The position numbers and the translations under genes were made by a program. A stretch of 64,000 nucleotides of DNA from a virus. Shown one piece after another: positions 28,991-35,893 of the stretch. Within the stretch, counting starts at the first letter, position 1, and the number at the start of each line of letters is the position of its first letter. The stretch is from positions 21,240-85,239 of IMG/VR virus record IMGVR_UViG_3300010373_000040, one strand, 5' to 3'. The notes beneath the pieces were generated by a model. The model did no database searches. It saw only the letters and a list, made by a program, of their open reading frames with translations, and was not told the origin of the DNA.

Positions 28991-29064
28991 ATAGTGGGAT
29001 AACGGTCAGGTTGTTTACCTGCCTTGGAAGCAGGAGGTCGAGGGTTCAAATCCCTCCCACTATA
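28991..29064 (+). tRNA. tRNA-Pro(TGG)
   Basis: Acceptor ATAGTGG/CCACTAT; anticodon arm CCTGC-CTTGGAA-GCAGG; T-arm GAGGG-TTCAAAT-CCCTC; atypical D-arm; no CCA. Confidence 0.85.
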
Positions 29065-29065
29065 C

Positions 29066-29139
29066 GACACAGGTTTTACGTACTGTCACCTGCCGAGAAA
29101 CAAAAAAGACAACGATACAGTTAGGGAGAGACCTAAACA
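29066..29139 (+). ncRNA. Unidentified structured RNA in tRNA spacer (pseudoknot + hairpin)
   Basis: CAGGT/ACCTG stem; loop ACTGT complementary to ACAGT (29117-21); TTAGG-GAGAGA-CCTAA hairpin. Confidence 0.4.
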
Positions 29140-29140
29140 T

Positions 29141-29212
29141 TTTCCTGTATGCTAATTGGCAGGCAATCTGACTTTGACTCAGATGGTACAAGTTCGAATC
29201 TTGTCGGGAAAA
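29141..29212 (+). tRNA. tRNA-Gln(TTG)
   Basis: TTTCCTG/CGGGAAA; TCTGA-CTTTGAC-TCAGA; ACAAG-TTCGAAT-CTTGT. Confidence 0.92.
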
Positions 29213-29214
29213 CT

Positions 29215-29287
29215 GTAGAGTTGCGCTAAGTGGTTAAGCGGACTGCCTGTGAAGCAGTTTATATGAGTTCGAGCCTCATACTCTACC
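29215..29287 (+). tRNA. tRNA-His(GTG)
   Basis: GTAGAGT/ACTCTAC; ACTGC-CTGTGAA-GCAGT; ATGAG-TTCGAGC-CTCAT; C73. Confidence 0.92.
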
Positions 29288-29290
29288 CAC

Positions 29291-29362
29291 ATCTCTGTAG
29301 ATCAATGAATAGATCAAGTAGCTACGAACTACTAGATAGAGGTTTGAATCCTCTCGGAGATA
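29291..29362 (+). tRNA. tRNA-Arg(ACG)
   Basis: ATCTCTG/CGGAGAT; AGTAG-CTACGAA-CTACT; AGAGG-TTTGAAT-CCTCT. Confidence 0.9.
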
Positions 29363-29365
29363 CCT

Positions 29366-29439
29366 GCCCAATTGGTGGAATTGGTAGACACACAGGTCTT
29401 AGAAACCTGTTTTTATAGGTTCGATTCCTATATTGGGTA
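29366..29439 (+). tRNA. tRNA-Leu(TAG) with short variable loop
   Basis: GCCCAAT/ATTGGGT; Leu-type D-arm GGTGGAATTGGTAGACAC; CAGGT-CTTAGAA-ACCTG; ATAGG-TTCGATT-CCTAT. Confidence 0.9.
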
Positions 29440-29449
29440 CTTTAAAATT

Positions 29450-29487
29450 AAAGGTATGTTCTCTTGTGAGTATGCCTTTTTTTATTT
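29450..29487 (+). terminator. Terminator closing the tRNA operon
   Basis: AAAGGTATG...TATGCCTTT stem followed by a T run. Confidence 0.7.
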
Positions 29488-29562
29488 ACTATTGTACATA
29501 ATCACATATAGGTAAACACCTAAGTACATATATGTGAATAACACCTAAACACTAAACTTATT

Positions 29563-29898
29563 ATGGAAACACTAATGACTTTTGGAGAAGCTCTTGAACT
29601 TGTTAAACAAGGGAAATTGATTTCTAGACAAGGTTGGAATGGTAAAGGTATGTTCATCTTCCAAAGACCTGAAGACAGCATTCACATCAGTACTGTAATT
29701 ACTCAAGTAAAATCGCTCCCTGCTGCAGTAAAGAGCTTTTATACTTCTAGAGTATGGGCTGATTCTGAGAACCAGATGGTTAAATTCACTCCATACTTGT
29801 GTATGAAAGCTGCTGATGATAGCATTGTAAATGGTTGGTTAGCATCTCAGACTGATATGTTGGCTAATGATTGGTCTGAGTTCAGCTACGGAGTATAA
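29563..29898 (+). CDS. tad2: DUF2829 / Thoeris anti-defence 2 (Tad2)-like signal-sponge protein
   Basis: MTFGEALELVKQGKLISRQGWNGKGMF...GWLASQTDMLANDW signature of DUF2829. Confidence 0.85.
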   Translation: METLMTFGEALELVKQGKLISRQGWNGKGMFIFQRPEDSIHISTVITQVKSLPAAVKSFYTSRVWADSENQMVKFTPYLCMKAADDSIVNGWLASQTDMLANDWSEFSYGV

Positions 29899-29977
29899 AC
29901 ATTTACCGTATGATGGCTAAGGAGATCTTGGTCTGGGCCTGTAAACCTCATGAAACAAAGGTAATTTTAACACTAGA

Positions 29978-30229
29978 ATGAATATCCCAAAAGAAGCAGT
30001 AGAGAAGTTTAAGACCATAGTTGAATTACGACTCTACTGCTATATTTGTGATAACTCTTTTGAAGGTATGTGGCAACTCACCTGGATAGAGAAGATGGAA
30101 TTGAAAGATCAATACTTCATTAAAGCCAATCAAATCCCTAGAGCTTTAGAGAACCTAGTAAAAGAAGGAGTATTGAGTAGAGTTAAAAAAGGGGTTTATA
30201 AACTAGAAACACTTAATGAAGCCATATAA
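29978..30229 (+). CDS. Putative winged-helix DNA-binding protein
   Basis: IPRALENLVKEGVLSRVKKGVYKL helix-wing pattern. Confidence 0.55.
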   Translation: MNIPKEAVEKFKTIVELRLYCYICDNSFEGMWQLTWIEKMELKDQYFIKANQIPRALENLVKEGVLSRVKKGVYKLETLNEAI

Positions 30230-30605
30230 AACCTATCACTTTGAGATACCTTTACACATCTATCCTTTTAAGGTGTTGTTTAGTATGGGTGAATCAGATG
30301 AGGTCCTTCTCAAGAAATTGAAGAAGTATGGAGAGTTTCATCAAGAAGAGTCTGACAATCTCAAATTGACAGGTGTTGGAAGATGTATAATGTGTTTTGA
30401 TTATAGGCTGGTAATTATAAGAATAGACCCATTGTTTTCTGAGAAGCATGAAACATTAGGAACTATTAATCATGAAATACTCCATGCTGTTATCTATATA
30501 TTAGATGCTTGTGGAGTTAAGTTAGAGAAAGGAGTTAGTGATGAGGCTTTTACTTACTTAATGGGGTACATATCTGCAGAAATCCACAAGAAAATCAAAC
30601 TTTAG
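30216..30605 (+). CDS. Phage protein with HExxH metallopeptidase-like motif
   Basis: NHEILHAV...DEAFTYLMGY. Confidence 0.65.
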   Translation: MKPYKTYHFEIPLHIYPFKVLFSMGESDEVLLKKLKKYGEFHQEESDNLKLTGVGRCIMCFDYRLVIIRIDPLFSEKHETLGTINHEILHAVIYILDACGVKLEKGVSDEAFTYLMGYISAEIHKKIKL

Positions 30606-30625
30606 AAACACTTAAACAATAATAT

Positions 30626-30913
30626 ATGACAATTCTATTTCAACCTGACAGAGGGCATTTGATCTTAACAAAGCCAGCAGAGCCTACAGAAAAGGAGCTT
30701 AAATTACCAGACCATCTTACTAAATCAAAAGTGAAGATATGGGATGTAGTAGCTTCTAATCCAGGTAATGTTCACCAAGTTGGTGAAAAGATTATTCTTA
30801 CAGATGGGGCTAAAGTATTTACAATATCATTGCCTACTACAGAAGGTTCTATGGAATTCTGTACAGTGGATGATGACTGGGTATTTGGTAAAGTGGAAGA
30901 TGTCGCTATCTAA
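30626..30913 (+). CDS. GroES-like co-chaperonin
   Basis: FQPDRGHLIL...LKLP...VVA....VGEKII...DWVFGKV, ~95 aa. Confidence 0.6.
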   Translation: MTILFQPDRGHLILTKPAEPTEKELKLPDHLTKSKVKIWDVVASNPGNVHQVGEKIILTDGAKVFTISLPTTEGSMEFCTVDDDWVFGKVEDVAI

Positions 30914-31121
30914 CCTTCCAGAGGCTATAGTATCGAGGATTCAGAAAGCTAGAGGTTTAGCAACTGAATCCTCTTTATCTTTGCAGAAACAAAGGTTAGA
31001 GATTTGTGATAAGTGTCCTGAGAAGAAAATGATAGGGACTGAGGTTTGTGGCCTCTGTGGCTGTTTTTTGCAGCTCAAGACATTAGTAGAAGATGAACAT
31101 TGTCAAATTAAGAAATGGTAG
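30900..31121 (+). CDS. Cys-rich Zn-binding protein (DUF6171-like)
   Basis: RLEICDKC...CGLCGC.LQLKT.....C..KKW; start moved to MSLSNL. Confidence 0.65.
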   Translation: MSLSNLPEAIVSRIQKARGLATESSLSLQKQRLEICDKCPEKKMIGTEVCGLCGCFLQLKTLVEDEHCQIKKW

Positions 31122-31675
31122 ATATAGAAGAAATTACTATAGACAAGCTTATAAACGAATATGGAGGAATTCATATTAGAGGGTATGAAGATTATATAGT
31201 CCTTCCGACAAGTGAAATATTTTCTATAAAGTTCAATACTATAAGAAAATTAGTTCCTCAGATATTACATAAAAATGGAAAACCTTCGGCCTATAGACAA
31301 ATTGTGGTAAGACAGCAGGGCAAAGACCCTGCCAGGAGGTTGATTCACAGAATTGTAGCAGAGACATTCATACCTAATCCAGAAAACAAACCTCAAGTGA
31401 ATCACAAAGATGGTAATGGGTCTAATAACCATGTTGACAACTTAGAGTGGTGTACAGGTCATGAAAATATGGCTCATAGCTTCAGAATATTAAAAAGAAG
31501 AATGGCTGTAGGAGAAAAAGTACATTTAAGTAAACTTACAGAAGAAGAGGTTATAATGATACGAAAAATATATCCAAAGGGACATGCTACACAACAAGAG
31601 TTAGCCAAAATATTCAATTGTCATCCAACAACAATATATTCTGTTTTAAGTTACATAACATGGAAACATATTTAA
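31115..31675 (+). CDS. HNH homing endonuclease with C-terminal HTH
   Basis: IHRIVAETFIPNPENKPQVNHKDGNGSNNHVDNLEWCT; SKLTEEEV...QQELAKIF. Confidence 0.9.
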   Translation: MVDIEEITIDKLINEYGGIHIRGYEDYIVLPTSEIFSIKFNTIRKLVPQILHKNGKPSAYRQIVVRQQGKDPARRLIHRIVAETFIPNPENKPQVNHKDGNGSNNHVDNLEWCTGHENMAHSFRILKRRMAVGEKVHLSKLTEEEVIMIRKIYPKGHATQQELAKIFNCHPTTIYSVLSYITWKHI

Positions 31676-32466
31676 ATAGACCTACGTTTTTCGAGAAAGA
31701 TCATAAATATTTAAATTTAACCACTGGTGAACAATACACGAGTGTTACACAACTACTCCATAAGTATGCTCCAAAATTTGATGCTGATGTCATAGCTCAG
31801 AAATATGTAGCTAAAAGAACTGAAAACAAGCTTATAGCTGATTTAATGGCTAAATACGTAATTTCTAAGGATTCTTTATTGGAGTCATTTGAGAATATTG
31901 GTTATGTAGAGACAGTAAAGCTTCTTTGGAGAGAAGAGAATGAGAGATCTTGTATTTCTGGTACAGCTTATCATAAGAAGAAAGAAAACATTGATTTAGC
32001 TACTATTGAAGTAGGTCAAGTCCCTGTAGAAATAGAGGATCTATACCAATTAATTGACGGCACATATTTAGAGTTACTTATTTGGTCTAATGAATTAGGT
32101 ATTGCAGGTCAGGCAGATAAGGTGATTATTGAGACTATTGGAGAAGACAGATTTGTAACCATAATTGATTATAAAACAAACAAAGAGATTAAGAACTATA
32201 ACTACCTTAACAAAAGAGATGGTACTCCAGTAATTAATGAGTATCTTTTAGCTCCAGTGAACCATCTATGTAATTGTAATTATAACTTGTACCAATTACA
32301 ACTAAATTTGTATGCGTATCTTTTGGTACAGTTTGGCTTTAAGATTAAAGGTGGAAAGATCATCCATGTTACAGATAATGATAAGATTTATCCTTTAAAT
32401 AATCATCAAGCAGATATTGAAGCTATTATAGAAGACTATCGAAATGGTTCAAAAAGAGATAATTAA
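31660..32466 (+). CDS. PD-(D/E)XK (Cas4/RecB-like) exonuclease
   Basis: YTSVTQLL, GTAYH, IAGQAD...IIDYKT, YQLQLNLY; start at METYL. Confidence 0.85.
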   Translation: METYLNRPTFFEKDHKYLNLTTGEQYTSVTQLLHKYAPKFDADVIAQKYVAKRTENKLIADLMAKYVISKDSLLESFENIGYVETVKLLWREENERSCISGTAYHKKKENIDLATIEVGQVPVEIEDLYQLIDGTYLELLIWSNELGIAGQADKVIIETIGEDRFVTIIDYKTNKEIKNYNYLNKRDGTPVINEYLLAPVNHLCNCNYNLYQLQLNLYAYLLVQFGFKIKGGKIIHVTDNDKIYPLNNHQADIEAIIEDYRNGSKRDN

Positions 32467-32968
32467 GAAGATTGCTGAAAGAGAAGAGCTTACAGAAAAG
32501 CAGGTTGAGGAAATAATCAAATCTCAAGGTGACTTTACTGTAAAGTCTATGAAAGAGGGAAAATCTATTAAATTGAGTAGGTATGGGAAGTTAGTCCCTA
32601 TTGCCAGATTGAGAGATTATAGAGAGGGTAATATGCCTAAACCTAGTAGAAGGGTTAGAATTAGAGCTAAACTTGATACTCCAACTAGTAAGAAGCTTCC
32701 TACCTACAGAAGTATTATTGATCCTGATAAGTTAGTAAGAGCGTTCTGGATAGATTCTATTGCTACAGATGATAACTTCTGTGAGCTGTTCTTGTCTCAA
32801 GAGGAAGTAGAATTAGAATATTCTAAATCCTTTACTACAACAAAGATATTTTACATGGATCATAAGCCTAGAGAACAGGAAGGATTCTTTGTCTTGGGTT
32901 TAGAAGGGGTTATGAGCTATGTGATAGAAAGTGAGTTTAAAGCTAAATATGAAAGAATTTATGATTGA
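32444..32968 (+). CDS. HU/IHF-like DNA-binding protein with C-terminal extension
   Basis: KEIIKKIAEREELTEKQVEEII...EGKSIKLSRYGK. Confidence 0.65.
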   Translation: MVQKEIIKKIAEREELTEKQVEEIIKSQGDFTVKSMKEGKSIKLSRYGKLVPIARLRDYREGNMPKPSRRVRIRAKLDTPTSKKLPTYRSIIDPDKLVRAFWIDSIATDDNFCELFLSQEEVELEYSKSFTTTKIFYMDHKPREQEGFFVLGLEGVMSYVIESEFKAKYERIYD

Positions 32969-33224
32969 GTATAAGACTTATAGAAATAGATTTCATGGAT
33001 TTACCATAGAAGCTTTTAAAATAATGGGGGCTTCTTGGGATGGTGAAGTAGCTAGAGTATTCACAGAGAATGGTACAGTGAGTAACGGTGGCTTTGTAAC
33101 CGTTTCTGAGGATTTTTATAATAAGAATCTATCTGAATTAGTTTTTGGGTATCTTATAAAAGACGAAGAAAATATGATAACTCGTGATGAGTTTTCAAAA
33201 ACTTACACACCTGTAACAGAATGA
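32961..33224 (+). CDS. Hypothetical protein
   Basis: ORF track; start moved to MIEYK. Confidence 0.55.
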   Translation: MIEYKTYRNRFHGFTIEAFKIMGASWDGEVARVFTENGTVSNGGFVTVSEDFYNKNLSELVFGYLIKDEENMITRDEFSKTYTPVTE

Positions 33225-33805
33225 TTAAGTTATTTGAAGTAAATGATCAAGGAATACCTGAGATTTCTACAGAAGCTAGGACTATTCAGGTGTTTAAGAA
33301 GCTAATTACCAGAGATAAGGGTAGTGAAGGTGATCATGATGGTAGAAAGAAACATCAAGCTACTAAAGAATTAGCTTTTATTTACTTCTATGCTAAGTTT
33401 GATAGTCCTTATGAGCAGTTTACAGTGGAGTCTGATAAGGTCCTACAGATTAAAAAAGCTGTTGGATTGGAAGATAAGTGGAAAATAGACTCAGATATAA
33501 AAGAGGCTATAGCTTATTTCCAGATGATTCAGAATACTAGATCAATGAAGCATTTAGCTTCTGTAGAAAATGCTATAGATAGCTTGTCTGATTATTTAAG
33601 AGATACTGATGTAAATGAAAGGATTAAAATAGGACCTAAGTCAGGGGAACTGGTGCATGATCTCAACAAGTATAAGTCCTTGGCTAAGGAGATGCCTGAT
33701 CTTATAGAGGCTTATCATAAGACTAAAGACCTTGTTAGAAAAGAATTACAAGAAGAACAACAGTTAAGAGCTGGGAGAACTACTAATAAGTATACCGAAG
33801 GTTGA
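33221..33805 (+). CDS. Conserved crAss-like protein upstream of TerL (possible small terminase)
   Basis: FKKLITRDK...ATKELAFIYF..KFDSPY; synteny. Confidence 0.65.
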   Translation: MIKLFEVNDQGIPEISTEARTIQVFKKLITRDKGSEGDHDGRKKHQATKELAFIYFYAKFDSPYEQFTVESDKVLQIKKAVGLEDKWKIDSDIKEAIAYFQMIQNTRSMKHLASVENAIDSLSDYLRDTDVNERIKIGPKSGELVHDLNKYKSLAKEMPDLIEAYHKTKDLVRKELQEEQQLRAGRTTNKYTEG

Positions 33806-35859
33806 TGAGTAAACAAGACTTCAAGTTTAAAAGTACCTGGAAATTTAGGGAAGCTGCTATCCACTTTGAGAAGCATAAGTGCTACACCTTTCATATTCCA
33901 GGTACTTTTAGTTATTTTGAGTTTTGGGATGAAGAAAAGAGAAGATGTACAGAAGGTTATATTGTAGGTGGTGTCAGAATTACAGGATACCACTATTTTT
34001 ATCTTAACTACTGTCCTATCATACAGGTAAAGGCTATTGGAGTAAATGATGGTCTTAAAAAACAAGCTGCAGAAAGGATTGAAGGGTTCCCTAAGTTTTG
34101 GGACCTAGATTGGAGGTACTTTACAGCTCTGGATATTGCTGAGTATGGTATATCAGAGGAAGACTATGCTAAACTCCCTGTAGAAATAGATATAGTATTA
34201 GATGAAGATAACACTTCTGGGGGTAAGCACTTTATCTGGTTAAAACCTAGAGGGGTTGGAGCTTCTTGGAAAGGTGCTTCTATGCCAGCCAGAAACTTCT
34301 TCTTTGTTAAGAATTCAAAATCTTACATGTTTGCTGAAAGTACTGAATATCTTAATAAGGATGGTATTTTCAGTAAATTTTTGCTTTATAAGAACTTTAT
34401 AAATGAACATACTCCCTTCTACAAATACACAGATGTAAAGAATGATCTAAACAAAATGCACCTCAGAGCTTCTCACAAAGATATGAAGGGGAATGAGATT
34501 GGGTTTATGTCAGAGGTGATGGGAGTTGCTGTAGAAGGTAAGGATGATAAGGTCCGTGGGAAAAGGGGTAAGATTACTTTATTTGAAGAGTTTGGAGCAT
34601 TTACTAATGCTGATAAATGTATAGAAGTTTCTAAGTCTTCTCATGAAGAAGGTAACTTGGTCTTTGGTACTATGGTCTGTTTTGGTACTGGAGGTACTGA
34701 GGGTAAGGCATTTGAATCTATGGAGAAGTTATTCTTCAATCCTATTTCTCAAGGAATGCTTAGATTCCACAACGTCTATGATGATGACTTAATTGGGACT
34801 GAATGTGGATTCTTCACTCCAGCTACATTCAACGTAGCATTTATAGATGAGGAAGGAAATACTGATAGAGTTAAGTCTAAAGCATTTTTAGATAAGGAAA
34901 GAGAGAAGAAATTAAAGTCTCCAGATCCTAATGATGCTGCCAGAGCAAAAGCAGAACATCCTTATACTCCTCAGGAAGCTCTACTAAGAACCAGCAGTAA
35001 CATCTTCCCTAAAGCAGAATTACTATCTTGGAAGACTGAATTAGTTTCTACTAGAAAAGCTGTAAATCTTGCTATTTATGGAGATTTAGAGGATACTAAA
35101 ACAGGGGTCAAATTCAGACCTAATCCTGATGCCAGGCCTGTTATGAAATATCCTCATGATAAGAAAGAAGATAATACTGGTTGTATAACTATATGGGAAA
35201 CACCTTTTAGGAAGGATGGGATAATATATGACAACATGTATATCCTAGTAGTCGATCCATATATGCATGATACCACTACAGGAGATTCCTTGGGAGCAGC
35301 CTATGTTATTAAGAACATAAACCCTTTATCTAAACCAGATGATATTATAGTAGCTTCTTTGGTTGGAAGACCTGCTACAATGGATATTTTTCATAAAAAA
35401 GTTAGACAATTATCAGAATACTACAATGCTAAAATTGGATTTGAAAACAACGCTGGTCAAGCTTTATTGGCCTACTTTAAGGCTAATAGAAAAATGCAAC
35501 TACTTGCTCCAGAGTTCTCTCTAGGGTTCAATGAAAATATCCCTAAATCTGGAGTCAGAAGAGGATATGGTATGCATATAGACCAAAGAAGAAAAGATAT
35601 AGGTCTTAGCTATTTAGCTGATTGGCTTATTAAAGAATGGACTGTAACTGAAGAAGGAGAAGTTCTGTATAATTATCATAAAATCTATGATATAGGTCTA
35701 TTAGAGGAGTTGATTAAGTTCAATCCTGATAGTAACTATGATAGAATTTCTGCTATGGTAGTTGGAATGTTCCACCAAAAGGAGATTGAGTGGAAATATG
35801 GTAATAAGGCTTTCGCTAAAACCCAATCTTCTGCCTTTTTTACCAACGTTCATTACTAG
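33805..35859 (+). CDS. terL: Terminase large subunit
   Basis: ITGYHYFYLNY, Walker A-like LKPRGVGASW, Walker B LFEEFG, GTGG, nuclease VDPY...DRISA. Confidence 0.93.
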   Translation: MSKQDFKFKSTWKFREAAIHFEKHKCYTFHIPGTFSYFEFWDEEKRRCTEGYIVGGVRITGYHYFYLNYCPIIQVKAIGVNDGLKKQAAERIEGFPKFWDLDWRYFTALDIAEYGISEEDYAKLPVEIDIVLDEDNTSGGKHFIWLKPRGVGASWKGASMPARNFFFVKNSKSYMFAESTEYLNKDGIFSKFLLYKNFINEHTPFYKYTDVKNDLNKMHLRASHKDMKGNEIGFMSEVMGVAVEGKDDKVRGKRGKITLFEEFGAFTNADKCIEVSKSSHEEGNLVFGTMVCFGTGGTEGKAFESMEKLFFNPISQGMLRFHNVYDDDLIGTECGFFTPATFNVAFIDEEGNTDRVKSKAFLDKEREKKLKSPDPNDAARAKAEHPYTPQEALLRTSSNIFPKAELLSWKTELVSTRKAVNLAIYGDLEDTKTGVKFRPNPDARPVMKYPHDKKEDNTGCITIWETPFRKDGIIYDNMYILVVDPYMHDTTTGDSLGAAYVIKNINPLSKPDDIIVASLVGRPATMDIFHKKVRQLSEYYNAKIGFENNAGQALLAYFKANRKMQLLAPEFSLGFNENIPKSGVRRGYGMHIDQRRKDIGLSYLADWLIKEWTVTEEGEVLYNYHKIYDIGLLEELIKFNPDSNYDRISAMVVGMFHQKEIEWKYGNKAFAKTQSSAFFTNVHY

Positions 35860-35870
35860 TAATATTTGTA

Positions 35871-35878
35871 TATATTTG
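35871..35878 (+). promoter_or_regulatory. TAnnTTTG promoter element before portal
   Basis: TATATTTG 15 nt upstream of ATG. Confidence 0.5.
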
Positions 35879-35893
35879 TAAAAATCACTACTC

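Noticed and set aside
29291-29362. TTTGAAT T-loop and GA instead of GG in the D-loop of tRNA-Arg as signs of a pseudogene
   Set aside because: The changes are compensatory (A19-U56) and, as I recall, typical of Bacteroidota tRNA-Arg(ACG)
29230-29418. 62-aa ORF in the ORF track
   Set aside because: Overlaps three well-formed tRNA genes
29900-29966. Possible tRNA-Tyr remnant or hammerhead (CTGTAAA loop, TGATGG...GAAAC)
   Set aside because: No T-arm or acceptor stem, and the hammerhead core CUGANGA is not intact
940-35859. Introns or inteins in PolB, DnaB or TerL
   Set aside because: The ORFs are continuous, of normal length, with no intein or LAGLIDADG motifs seen
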